Shown: positions 46,367 through 56,308, counted from the stretch's first letter. The stretch: 64,000 nucleotides of DNA from Acidimicrobiales bacterium (GCA_052146595.1 JBKQMT010000030.1:11687-75686), one strand, 5' to 3'. Numbers and translations are program-made. The notes: generated by a model from the sequence alone, not told the origin.

Positions 46367-48058
46367 ATGCAGGCGAGACAGATATTCCTAGTCGGACTGG
46401 GAGTCTTGGCGGCGGCTTGTTCCAGCGCCACGCCGACTGTGGCTCCTCCGTCGACCTCGACGCCTACGACCGTGGGTTCGAGTTCAGCAACAACAACAAC
46501 AACCGGGAACCAGAAGACCGGCGAGCCCCCGCCGGTCCCGCACTGCTACTACACCGGCTCGGGCTATGGGCTGTGCGAGGGCTATGTCATCCCGATGCCG
46601 GGCACGGTCATACTGTTCACGCGCCCGGACAAGAACGGGATCTTCAGGTTGACCGGACCGGTGCCGCTGCAGACCGAGAGGCCTGTCGCGTGCGGGGACG
46701 CGGGCTGTGTTTACAACCATCTCGACTGGGTGGTGAACGCGAAGCTTGAGTCGGACTGCAAGGCGAACACAACCGTCTGCAATGTGAGTGTTCCACCGGG
46801 CGGCCAGACCTGGACGCCCGTGTACGTGAGGGAGGACAACGATCCGGCGATCCTCTACCTGCTGTGGGACTCCGGCAAGCCGGGTGCGACTATCAGCGGC
46901 TATGTCCTGGACAAGGACCAGCAAGCTGTCCAAGGTGCAACGGTCAGTGCCCAGGGCGTCGGCGGCGCCAGCAGCCCTGTGGACGCCACGTCAGGTTTCT
47001 ACTCGATCAACGTCAAGTCCGGAGACTACAGCGTCGCCCCTTCTGGCGGTCCAAGTGGCATAACACTTCCCAAATTCGACCCGGCGAGCCTCGATGTGTC
47101 TGTGGGAGTGGGAGCCGTGGCTCATGCCGACTTCACGCTCAATGGCGGCCTGAAGGTGACCCTGACATTCTCCCAGGACAGTGTAAGAGCCGACGGTCTA
47201 ACGGTCGTCAATGGAGAAATAGCGACGACCGAGTACGGCAAGCCTGATGGAGGCGTCACCGTGACGCTGCGGCCGAAGCCCGCCGACACCGGCGAGGCCG
47301 CTGTCACGAGCGGTGCCCGCGCCGCGATCTGCGACTCGACGGGGGTCAGGATCTGGCCGACAGGCAGTCTCTTGAGCCCCTTGGCGACGCCGGTTGACGT
47401 CGTGACCAACGCCGAGGGCATCTACGACTTCACGATGACCGTCGGCACCGTGCCGAGGGCGTTCCCGCTGAACGCCTGGGCCAAGAACGCAGCCGGCGAA
47501 CTGATCACCTCGGACCTGAACGACACCTCGCCGGACGAGACGCTCACTGTCACAACGCCGGGCAACTGGACGGTCAGCCAGTTCCTCTCCGAGCTCGCCG
47601 GGCTCAAGTCCGATGCCGCCGCCAGCCAGGTCCTTGCGGCCATGACGAACGACCCCGCCAGCATAACCCAGGCCCTTTCCCAGCTCAGCGGTCCCGGCTC
47701 GAAGCTCGGAGGCCTCGCCTACTCGCTCGTGAACGCTGCGTCCGGTGGGGGAGCTGTCCTGGTCTACAACGACACGAGCCCACCGCAAGTTGGCGCCAGT
47801 GGTCAGGTGACAGCTGGCGACGGCACCCTCGTGCTCGACCCAGGGTCGTGGGTGGGAACGAAGCTGATCCCGCTCACCGTACTCAGCAGCGTGATCCAGA
47901 AAGGACTCCTCACTTCGGCTCCGACGTTCTCGCAATGGGCTCAGGGAGCCGCGGTACCGGGCTGGAAGCTCACCACCAATGTCGCGACCGTCGCCACGTC
48001 GAACTTTCAGTACAACGGCTGGGCGTACCCGAGCACGGAACCGGGCGCCTGCTACTGA
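46367..48058 (+). CDS. Surface lipoprotein with Cys-rich N-terminal region and carboxypeptidase-regulatory-like/Ig-like domains
   Basis: RBS GAGGAGG; lipobox LAAAC; Thr linker; TISGYVLDKDQQAVQGATV; six Cys in the N-terminal domain. Confidence 0.8.
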   Translation: MQARQIFLVGLGVLAAACSSATPTVAPPSTSTPTTVGSSSATTTTTGNQKTGEPPPVPHCYYTGSGYGLCEGYVIPMPGTVILFTRPDKNGIFRLTGPVPLQTERPVACGDAGCVYNHLDWVVNAKLESDCKANTTVCNVSVPPGGQTWTPVYVREDNDPAILYLLWDSGKPGATISGYVLDKDQQAVQGATVSAQGVGGASSPVDATSGFYSINVKSGDYSVAPSGGPSGITLPKFDPASLDVSVGVGAVAHADFTLNGGLKVTLTFSQDSVRADGLTVVNGEIATTEYGKPDGGVTVTLRPKPADTGEAAVTSGARAAICDSTGVRIWPTGSLLSPLATPVDVVTNAEGIYDFTMTVGTVPRAFPLNAWAKNAAGELITSDLNDTSPDETLTVTTPGNWTVSQFLSELAGLKSDAAASQVLAAMTNDPASITQALSQLSGPGSKLGGLAYSLVNAASGGGAVLVYNDTSPPQVGASGQVTAGDGTLVLDPGSWVGTKLIPLTVLSSVIQKGLLTSAPTFSQWAQGAAVPGWKLTTNVATVATSNFQYNGWAYPSTEPGACY

Positions 48059-48231
48059 GTGGGCCACGTCGAAACACTGTCGGCAAGAGTCGTCGTCCAG
48101 GAGCGGACCTGATTGCCGGTCGCAGATCCGCGACGTCGGCCCTACAACGCGAACCCCACTGCGCCAAGGCCATTGCCCGGAAGACATCTTCAGGACGCGA
48201 GATCCCCGCAACGTCGAGTAAGAAGTAGACC

Positions 48232-48726
48232 ATGGAACCTAGAGCCAACCTGTCCCGCCGCGGCCGCCTAGCCTTTGTTGCCGCGGCCTTGGTAGCCCTC
48301 GTCGGATGCACAGCCGGTCCCGCCCTTGCGGCGTCGGCGCCTTCCACGTCACATCGCGGTCACCTGGTTGCTTTGCTGGTCGTGGACAAGCCCTCGTCCG
48401 CCATCCCTCCGCCCACTTACAGTAAGCGGTGCGAGAGAACGGCGAAGTCACAGGCGGCTCTGGACCGGTGCGCAGCCTCTCAGGTCACCCAACTCGACCG
48501 CGAGCTAACCCGTGCCTTGTCGGTTGAAGGCGCCTACTTCGGTCACTCCGGTGTCGCGAGGACCGAGTCGAAGTGGGTCGCGTTCATGAAGTCCGAGTGC
48601 AGCCTGGAGACGCGACCGTACTCCGGGGGGAGTATCCGGCCCGTCGTCTATGGCGACTGCGAGAGAGGCTTGCTGGTGAGTCGTATCGCCGAGATTCGTT
48701 CCGTCCTTAACTCCCTCCCCAAGTAG
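48232..48726 (+). CDS. LprI/DUF1311-like secreted protein
   Basis: Signal peptide; C...SQAALDRCA...LDREL...KWVAFMKSEC...GGSIRPVVYGDC...R. Confidence 0.75.
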   Translation: MEPRANLSRRGRLAFVAAALVALVGCTAGPALAASAPSTSHRGHLVALLVVDKPSSAIPPPTYSKRCERTAKSQAALDRCAASQVTQLDRELTRALSVEGAYFGHSGVARTESKWVAFMKSECSLETRPYSGGSIRPVVYGDCERGLLVSRIAEIRSVLNSLPK

Positions 48727-48734
48727 CACCGCCG

Positions 48735-49220
48735 ACGAAATCCGACCTCTACCTGATCGAGCGCGACGGCCCCGGTCGCCTTGCCACGATGTCCTGTCCG
48801 CGCGGCGGGGACTGGCTAGCGGACGAAGTCGAATCGCTCCGGCGCGATGGCATCAGTGTCATTGTCAGCGCGCTCACCGAGTCCGAGGTTGCCGAGCGCC
48901 AGCTGACGGCCGAGCCGAAGCTTGCGACACAGGCGGGACTGACCTACATCTCGTTCCCGATTCCGGACCGTGGAGTGCCGACGGCCGCTGGTGCAACCGA
49001 CCTGGTCAGTCGTCTTGAGGAACGACTCGCCGCGGGCAGGTTCATCGTCGTCCACTGCCGAGCCGGTATCGGCCGTTCGTCGCTTATCGTCGCCATCGTG
49101 CTGGTCCGGGAGGGAGTTAGCCCCACTGACGCCTGGCAGCGGATCGGAACGGCCCGGGGTCTTCCGGTACCGGACACCGAGGAACAGCGGACGTGGCTGG
49201 CGACGTTTGACAGGTCCTGA
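48735..49220 (+). CDS. Protein tyrosine/dual-specificity phosphatase
   Basis: HCRAGIGRS, FPIPDRGVP, VPDTEEQ; family-like sequence extends upstream of ATG 48789 to an in-frame ACG at 48735. Confidence 0.85.
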   Translation, partial: TKSDLYLIERDGPGRLATMSCPRGGDWLADEVESLRRDGISVIVSALTESEVAERQLTAEPKLATQAGLTYISFPIPDRGVPTAAGATDLVSRLEERLAAGRFIVVHCRAGIGRSSLIVAIVLVREGVSPTDAWQRIGTARGLPVPDTEEQRTWLATFDRS

Positions 49221-49332
49221 GCGTGGAGACATGAGGTGATGCCGGCGGCCACAATCCTTTCCTCCCGCCAGCCGGATCTCTGGACACCGTCGTACAGTCG
49301 CGAATTGAGATGAGCTAAAGGAGGGAGCCGAA

Positions 49333-49587
49333 GTGCGGCCTTATGGAACCTCCTCGGCAGACGGCGAAGTAGACGCCGTGCTGCGGTCCGAGCCTCCAGT
49401 CGACGGAGCGACTCTCAACGGCTGGGTTGCGCTGGCCGAATGGGCGGTCCCCGGCGGCGAGCCGATGCTCGTGCTAATGGGCAGGCCCGAGGCGAGTCTG
49501 CTCCAGATGAAGGCCTACTTGCACAGTGGGATCCTGAATATGGTCTGGCGCGCTTACGGCGACGCCGCGCGCTCTGCACCGAACTGA
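49333..49587 (+). CDS. Small hypothetical protein
   Basis: Strong RBS AAGGAGGGAG; natural composition (GWVALAEW). Confidence 0.55.
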   Translation: MRPYGTSSADGEVDAVLRSEPPVDGATLNGWVALAEWAVPGGEPMLVLMGRPEASLLQMKAYLHSGILNMVWRAYGDAARSAPN

Positions 49588-49731
49588 GGACTGTTCGAAG
49601 CGATTCGCGTTCCAATCCAAGTGTCGCTGAGCCGAAGAGGAGGCGTTCTCGCGGCGGATGGAATACGTGTCGCACCTATGCCAACGCGAACACATAACGG
49701 ACCGTGTCCGCTAGCGACGCCCCAACCCGTA

Positions 49732-49759
49732 ACGCGACATAACGGACATTATCGGCGGT
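49732..49759 (-). other. dif-like XerC/XerD recombination site
   Basis: ACCGCCGATAA-TGTCCG-TTATGTCGCGT (11-6-11 with inner ATAA/TTAT); partial second copy ACATAACGGAC at 49692-49702. Confidence 0.6.
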
Positions 49760-49898
49760 TTAGAAAAGGGGGCCTCCACTCGGACACGCCGTCAGAGCTC
49801 TGCGGAGCTGGGACTTGAAGCCGCACGCCAGTCGCAGTCAACTGGCTGGGCATGGGTAGCTTGCAGCAGTCGCAAGGACGTCAGGAAATACTCGCCTC

Positions 49899-51164
49899 GT
49901 GAACGACAGCGCACTGATAGAGCTGGAAGCCGGACAGATCGCGGCCGGCGGCGGTTGCGTCGCGAGGGCTGATGACGGTCGCGTCGTGTTCGTCCGGCAC
50001 TGCCTTCCCGGTGAACGGGTACTTGCGGCCGTCAGGGAGGAAACGAGGTCCTACCTGCGGGCCGACGCGCTCGAGATCATCGAACCGGCCCTCGACCGTG
50101 TGGTTCCTCCGTGCCCCCATGCCGGCCCCGGTCGTTGCGGCGGCTGTGACTGGCAACATGTCGGCCTCGAGGCGCAGCGGAGACTCAAGGCGGATCTTGT
50201 GTCTCAGCAGCTTCGCCGCCTGGCCGGCATAGAACCGGTTGTGGAGGTGGTCGAGGTGCCCGGCGCCCCCGGCGGTCTCGGGTGGCGAACACGCGTTCGG
50301 TTTGGGGTGGACGACGCCGGGCGCGTGGGACTTCACAGGCATCGCTCCCATGAGCTACAGCTGATCGACCGCTGTCTCATTGCCTCCGCTGCGGTCGAGG
50401 CTCTCGGGGTTGAAGGACACGAGTGGCCAGATGTCGAAGACCTCGAGGTGTTCGCCTCCGAGAGCGGCGAAGGTGTCGTCTCGGTCAACACTCGTGGCCT
50501 CCGGCCCGGGCGCCTGCCGGCGGTCGATGCTGGTCTCGTCGTGAACGGGCGCGTCGCCCGGGAGCCCGAACGGCTGGGCTTCTCGGTGCTCGGACGTCAT
50601 TATGAAGTCAGCGCGGGCGTCTTCTGGCAGGTGCATCCGGGGGCCGCGCGGGTTCTCGGTCAGGCCGTGTTGGAGGGTCTCAAGGCGAGCGCCGGTGATC
50701 GAGTGGCTGACCTGTACGCAGGGGCAGGCCTGTTCACTGGACTGGCAGGGGACGTCGTGGGTCCTAGCGGATCGGTGTTGGCGATCGAGCGAGACCGGTG
50801 GGCGTGCGCGGACGCGGCAAGAAACACGGCCGATCAGCCCCAGGTGAGGATTCGTAAGGCTGCCGTCACAGCGGCTCTCGTGGACGAGACGCTCGGCGAT
50901 GTCGATTTCGTGGTGCTCGATCCCTCGCGTGAGGGGGCGGGCCGCTCGGTCATGGCTGCACTCGCGGGTCTTCAACCCGGTCCCCGCCGGATCGTCTATG
51001 TCGCATGTGATCCGGCCTCTTTCGCGCGCGACCTCCGCGTCCTGCTCGACGCAGGCTGGGGGCTAGGTTCGTTGAGGGGGTTCGACTTGTTTCCGATGAC
51101 CGAACACATCGAGCTTGTCGCGGTCATCGAGCCTCCCCAGGTCAGAACCACGAAAGCCTTGTGA
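49899..51164 (+). CDS. TRAM-domain class I SAM-dependent RNA methyltransferase (RlmD/RumA-like)
   Basis: GRVVFVRHCLPGE, CPHAGPGRCGGCDWQH, FWQVH, DLYAGAG, YVACDPASFARD, FDLFPMTEHIE. Confidence 0.93.
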   Translation: MNDSALIELEAGQIAAGGGCVARADDGRVVFVRHCLPGERVLAAVREETRSYLRADALEIIEPALDRVVPPCPHAGPGRCGGCDWQHVGLEAQRRLKADLVSQQLRRLAGIEPVVEVVEVPGAPGGLGWRTRVRFGVDDAGRVGLHRHRSHELQLIDRCLIASAAVEALGVEGHEWPDVEDLEVFASESGEGVVSVNTRGLRPGRLPAVDAGLVVNGRVAREPERLGFSVLGRHYEVSAGVFWQVHPGAARVLGQAVLEGLKASAGDRVADLYAGAGLFTGLAGDVVGPSGSVLAIERDRWACADAARNTADQPQVRIRKAAVTAALVDETLGDVDFVVLDPSREGAGRSVMAALAGLQPGPRRIVYVACDPASFARDLRVLLDAGWGLGSLRGFDLFPMTEHIELVAVIEPPQVRTTKAL

Positions 51165-51197
51165 GTGCTGGCTATCCCGCTCTCCCCTACTCCACGG

Positions 51198-51253
51198 GTG
51201 TCTAGGAGTGTCCAGCCGTGTAGACGGGCGTTACGGAGACATTTACGGATACA
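51198..51253. repeat. Short periodic direct repeats after the rlmD 3' end
   Basis: GTGT three times at 10-bp period (51198-51227); TTACGGAGACA and TTACGGATACA at 12-bp period (51231, 51243). Confidence 0.5.
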
Positions 51254-51388
51254 CCGAGGGGGTGTGGGACCTGAACGTTATCCAGACCGCATTGCCGACC
51301 CCCTTGAAAAATCGAACACGGAGCAAACCCCCGATACGCGACCCCCGAGAGTAGCGTGACCACCAGAGAGCGAGGAAAGGGGAAGCTA

Positions 51389-51571
51389 TTGCCCCAATTC
51401 GTGATTACTTACTATGACAGCACGCCGGACGAGATTGTGGAGGCTGACCACTACCAGGTCCACGAGGAGTGGACAGACTTCTATATCGGCATCGGCGGGG
51501 AGAAGTACCTAGAGAAGGTGCACATCCGCAGCGCGAACGTCAAGCGCATCGACCTCGTGTCTGCGAACTAG
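51389..51571 (+). CDS. Small hypothetical protein
   Basis: RBS GAGGAAAGGGG then TTG; aromatic beta-rich 60 aa; GC3-biased codons. Confidence 0.55.
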   Translation: MPQFVITYYDSTPDEIVEADHYQVHEEWTDFYIGIGGEKYLEKVHIRSANVKRIDLVSAN

Positions 51572-51730
51572 CCCCTCAGATCGTTGTCGCCTCTATGAAG
51601 TCTTTCATCTTCATTATGGCGCGCTCCAAGATGGCTGACCCTGAGCGCGGCGCACGCGGGCGTAAACGTCGAAGGAGAACTACAATGGTGTGGTTCTCCC
51701 CCACTACCGGTCCAGTGTGAGCTCTCGCGG

Positions 51731-51952
51731 CTACGGGTTCGTCAAGGCAATGACGATGACGAGCACGACGACGACCACCACCACGGGGACGGCCCAAAGG
51801 AACACCCAGTTTCGGAGCGGTAGCCGCATTGTCTCAGCCCTCTCGACGGCGGGCTCGTCGCCCTCCTCGCGAACCGTCGGGGGTGCCGGTGCGGGCTCGG
51901 CACCGGTCGGGAGCACGGGCTCTTCTGGAGCAGGGGGTTCGGGGGTGCTCAC
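51731..51952 (-). CDS. Small membrane protein with C-terminal TM helix
   Basis: Pro/Glu-rich N-terminus; poly-Val TM; GTGA overlap with the upstream gene. Confidence 0.65.
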   Translation of the reverse strand: MSTPEPPAPEEPVLPTGAEPAPAPPTVREEGDEPAVERAETMRLPLRNWVFLWAVPVVVVVVVLVIVIALTNP

Positions 51953-53867
51953 GACGTTTCCGTCACGGTGGGCCGGAGAGCGGGCTCGGCTATCGCACCG
52001 GCCGCACCCGCCTCTTTAGGGCTCATGTGTTCCTCGAACCAGCCGGTAAGGACCAGCCACGCCGCGAACGGTGGGGCCATAAGCAGGTAGCCGGCCGTCG
52101 TGTCGAGCCCGTACTCCTGCTCGATGACGTTGAGCCCGTGGGTGAACTGAAACGACAGCCGGAACAGCAACGAGATGCCGACATAGGAAAGCCAGACGAG
52201 CGGGCGTGCCCGGCGAGGAAAGACGCGACTGTTGCCTCCCGCGAACTCGGACGCCCCGATGAGCGTGAGCAGGGTCCCGAAGGCAAGCGGCACGTTTCTC
52301 TTCAGACCGACCCAACCGCCAATGATGCTAAGGAATCCGCCGTCGGTCGAGATCAGCCAGCTGAGGGCGACGATTCCCGTTAGCACGCCGAGTCGCTGCG
52401 CGCTGAGAGCGTTCCAGTGGCGCACCATGTCGACGGCGACGGCGGCCGTGACGATAAGCGTCAAGTTGGTGAGAAGGACGGCGTACATGGGGAGAGGCGC
52501 GATGTAGCTGACGATGTAGGTCCAAAGTGCCCAGCCGCTGACAAGCACCAGGCCGAAGCCCGCCTGGCGCGTCTCGAGCGACGCGCCCGCGTTGGCCCGC
52601 CGCATGCCGATTACCACGAGCAGTGCGAGCCGCATGCCGATTACCACGAGCAGTGCGAACAGCGCCGCGGTGGAGCCGACCTGGAAACCCAGATCTTGCG
52701 CGTGGTTGGACAGCCACCCGAACGGGTCCGGGATCGCGGAAACGCCTCCTTTCGGAAAAAAGGTCGCCAGGATCCAAGAGGCGCTCGTGAGTACCCCGAC
52801 GAGGACCAGCCCGAAGCTGTACGCGCCGGCGCCGCGGAAGATGACGCGCTCGGTCTCTACCTCGCGCCGTGGAGTGCCGAACAGCCCGCGGGCGCCAAGG
52901 GTCATCCAGACGAATGCCACGAGGCTGAGTGCCGAGAGGATCGCGATCTGCGGGTACTGCTTCAAGTCGGCCCAGCCGTAACCGGGATAGCGCCGGAGGA
53001 GGAAGAACACCTCGGCCACCATCAGGCCGACCAGGGCCCAGCGAGTCCACCGCGCCGGCGCCCGACGCACCACACCGCACACGATCTGGCCGATGCCGTA
53101 GGAGAACCTGACGACCGCGAGCGACGCCACGATGAAAAGGACCACCATCCCGCCGTAGAAGTCGTAGAGGGTCTCCTGGACGGGAATGGCGATGTCGTTC
53201 ACGAGAGCCGAACCGGAGGATGCTTGAAGCCAGCGTTGTGCAGGCCGATGCCATAGAGCAGTGTCGAACTGAGGAAGAACACGGCCACGCCGCCAAGCGC
53301 GATCCAGCGTGCCTTGCCCGCCACCCAAGCGCCGCCATGGCCGAGGCGCTTGTAGAGCTTGGTGTGCTCGCTCGCCGAGACGACGAGTCCCAGCGGGACG
53401 ATCACGTAGCTGGCGAGGATGAAAGCCGGGAGAAATCCGCCCCAGTAGTTCCCGATCGAGTTCGCGATCTGCGCGGCGGTGAGGAGAAACCCGACGGCTG
53501 CGAGGACACGCAGGAAGGGCGGGCAGTCGAAGGCGGCGTAAGCCACGAGACCAACGAAGAAGCCGAGGGCGAGGAGCAACAGGGCCGATGCCGAGGTGTC
53601 GATGGTCTCGGCGCCGTAGCCGCTGTAGAGCTGGATCGTGTTGCCGCTCGGTACGACCGAGGGGAACAAGATGAGGAGGATGACCGCTCCGACGGTTACG
53701 AGGGCGGCGACGGTCAGCCTGCGCTCGGTCGGAGTGAGGCCGCCGAAGCGTATCCGGCCCTTGTCGATCTGCACTCCCAGCAGGTGGCGCCCGACCCACT
53801 CGGCCACGGATCTCGCGTCCCAGTCGAGGCCGGACCAGCTGCCGGGCGCAGCCTCAAGGGCGCTCAC
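51949..53867 (-). pseudogene. Large polytopic membrane protein split by one frameshift (pseudogene or sequencing error)
   Basis: Frame 1 (from GTG 53867) is TM-rich to ...GLHNAGFKHPP and stops at 53199; a second frame continues TM-rich from GSALVNDIAIP to 51949. Confidence 0.75.
52599..52658. repeat. Perfect 30-bp tandem duplication
   Basis: GCCGCATGCCGATTACCACGAGCAGTGCGA x2 (ALLVVIGMR repeated). Confidence 0.95.
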
Positions 53868-54286
53868 GACTCGCCCCCTCCAGCGCGCCACCCGACATGG
53901 GACGCGAACACTGCCACCGGGCAAAGGCGAGCATTGGGGCGGCGGACGCTGTAGCCGAGGTTGGCGACATACCGGACGCCGACTGCAACATCTGCGTGCC
54001 CGGCGGGACCGGGCAGACCGACCGAGGCGTCACGACACCAGGCAGGGTGCTGATTCGTCGTATCTCGCGGAGCGGGACCGAGCCGTCCGGCCTCGAGCGT
54101 GCGCGGCGCGAGCCTGACTTTGATCGCGCCAAGGCTCGGGGTCCCCCAGCTGTCTACGATGTGCACGTCGACAGAAGTGCCTACGATCGCAACCAGAAAG
54201 GCGATGACGGCGACAAACGGTATCGCTCTGCCCCAGGCGGGCCCGGGCCGCGCCGCGTCGTCGGCGCCCGGAGTCACAGGGTCCAT
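53864..54286 (-). CDS. Membrane-anchored hypothetical protein
   Basis: ATG at 54286 after GGAGAGG; one TM; one Cys pair; stop overlaps the next GTG. Confidence 0.65.
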   Translation of the reverse strand: MDPVTPGADDAARPGPAWGRAIPFVAVIAFLVAIVGTSVDVHIVDSWGTPSLGAIKVRLAPRTLEAGRLGPAPRDTTNQHPAWCRDASVGLPGPAGHADVAVGVRYVANLGYSVRRPNARLCPVAVFASHVGWRAGGGES

Positions 54287-54831
54287 GTCCTCTCCGGGGC
54301 CGTTGCGAGATCCGCGGGCGCCCGCAGCGGAGCTACGGCTATCGCACTTCCGATCCTCGACCATGGCCCGGTTGCCCCCCAGAGAAGCCGACGGCGAATT
54401 CATAGCACGCATGCGAAAGAGCGCGCAGAGACGGTGCCATCGCGCGTCGCCCTTGGGCATCCGCAATTGTTGTGGCGGTGCTCAGCCAGAAAGATCGCTC
54501 GCCTCCTCGATTACCACTGTTCCGCCAAGCCGGTCCGAGGCGACCTGCTCGCGGAGCCACTCGACTTGGTGACGAACGGAGGCGACGAAGAGGGGGAACA
54601 TGCCGGGCGCCGAGCAGCGCCCAAATCGGCGCGAGCCCGCCGGTCGCGCAGCTCCTGGTCGTCCCACTCGTCCCGCGGGGCACCTGTTGCCACTCCGCGA
54701 TCGCCTCATTTCGCGAGTGACGACGTCGCCCGTCCGGACAACGTCGTCACCCTGCCGTGTACGAGATCATGCCCCGATCCAGGCCCTCGAAACCCCGACG
54801 CCGCCGCGCCGGCTCTGCAGGCCCTCCCTGC

Positions 54832-55548
54832 CTACCTCGTGTCGACGACCTGAAAACTCTCTGCAAGCCGCCCTCCCGGCAGGCCCAAGGCTGCAGCGTT
54901 AGCGCTCGCCCACCCGCGGATCATCTCCTCCAGGCGGTCGGGGTCGCCCATTTGGGTTACATGGCAGCGAAGCGCCGCGAGCTTGCGGTCGACGGTCTCG
55001 GTGATGTCCACGGCCAGTTGAGCGCGCGGCGAGGCCATGAGCCACACCTCATCGACAACATGAGGCTCGAGTCCCTCAGCGAGAAGCTCCGGATGGGCGT
55101 AAGGATTCCTCGCGTCGGGGTATACGGCTTGCAGGGCTGCCTCGCCTGCTGCCAGGTGATCCGGGTGGCTCGCGCGGATCCGGTCCCAGTTGCGCTCCGG
55201 GGACTGGCATACCACCCGCTGGGGCCGCACGACCCGGATGATGCGGGCGATGTCCCGGCGAAGCTCCAATGAGACCTGTAACGAGCCGTCGGGGTAGCCG
55301 AGGAAATACAGGTCGGTGACTCCCACCTCGGCGGCGGCCTTCCGCTGCTCCTCCTGACGGATTCTTACGAGGTCGCCGGGGGCGATACCCGGGTCGGCGC
55401 TACCGGCCGATCCGTCGGTCACGATGCAGTAGGCGACCTCGATCCTCTGGTCAGTCCAGACCGCGACCGAGCCTGCGGCGCCGAAGTCGACGTCGTCGGG
55501 ATGCGCACTTACGACCAGCACCTTCGCCGGGTCGGGTGATCCGCTCAC
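54832..55548 (-). CDS. PIG-L family deacetylase
   Basis: AHPDDVDFG, TDGSAG, HPDH, ALRCHVTQ. Confidence 0.92.
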   Translation of the reverse strand: MSGSPDPAKVLVVSAHPDDVDFGAAGSVAVWTDQRIEVAYCIVTDGSAGSADPGIAPGDLVRIRQEEQRKAAAEVGVTDLYFLGYPDGSLQVSLELRRDIARIIRVVRPQRVVCQSPERNWDRIRASHPDHLAAGEAALQAVYPDARNPYAHPELLAEGLEPHVVDEVWLMASPRAQLAVDITETVDRKLAALRCHVTQMGDPDRLEEMIRGWASANAAALGLPGGRLAESFQVVDTR

Positions 55549-55964
55549 GGCTCGACGCGTCTCAACAGGATCACGGGGATCACCCGCGTCGTCTTCTCCT
55601 GATGCTCCGCGAAGCCCGGGTAGCGCTCGGCCTGGATCGCGTAGAGGCGGTCACGCTCCGCGGGGCTCGCGACCTCCGCCTCGACCTCGAAGGTGTCGGT
55701 CCGGACCTCGACCGTGGCCCGTGGGTGGGCGAGGAGGTTGTGGTACGAGTCGGGGTTCGTCGGCGCCCCTGCCTTGGAGGCGAGCACGGCCAGACGGTCG
55801 CCCTCGGGGAGGTACATGACCGGGACCGTCCGCTTCTGGCCGGTCTTGGCTCCGGCGGTGGTGATCAGCAGGAGGGGGGCTCCTGCGAACTGACCACCTA
55901 CCTGGCCGCCCGAAGCGCGGATCTCCTCGATGATCTTCTGGTTCCAGTCCACGTAGTCGCTCAC
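55545..55964 (-). CDS. Deazaflavin (F420)-dependent nitroreductase family protein
   Basis: WNQKIIEEIRASGG, LLLITTAGAKTG, ASKAGAPTNP, RVIPVILL. Confidence 0.92.
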   Translation of the reverse strand: MSDYVDWNQKIIEEIRASGGQVGGQFAGAPLLLITTAGAKTGQKRTVPVMYLPEGDRLAVLASKAGAPTNPDSYHNLLAHPRATVEVRTDTFEVEAEVASPAERDRLYAIQAERYPGFAEHQEKTTRVIPVILLRRVEP

Positions 55965-56199
55965 AGTTCCTCCTGCAGGCAGGGCGTCAAGTCCCCGCCA
56001 CGGTAGCGTTGCGGCCCGCTCAGGCCGGCTCGCGCACCGCCGGGCTCGGCGACGAACAGCGCCCTGCTGGCGTGGGTCATGGGAAGAGGCGCCACAGGCA
56101 TCCTCTGCGTACTCGGGGGGTCGAGGCCGATTCATTGCTGAGCGGATCGTGTCGGCCACCGTGTCTGACGGGTTCATGCGCGGCGGTAGCGAGGATGCC

Positions 56200-56290
56200 T
56201 GTTAGAGTCTTTGCAGTCGGTCGGGTTGACCGGCTTTCGGCTGTCGCCGGTGAGGCCTAGAGACGATGTTCTGGTTGGCCTTCATTTTTT
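56200..56290 (+). promoter_or_regulatory. Extended -10 promoter and structured leader with terminator-like hairpin
   Basis: TGn-TAGAGT (56200-56208); hairpin AGTCGGTC/GACCGGCT; TGAGGCC...GGCCTTCA followed by T6 at 56285-56290. Confidence 0.5.
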
Positions 56291-56308
56291 GAGCTGACTG
56301 GAGTCCCT

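Noticed and set aside
54482-54709. Possible frameshifted small gene (MATGAPRDEWDD.../...MFPLFVASVRHQVEWL)
   Set aside because: No recognisable family; the coding signal is too weak to call.
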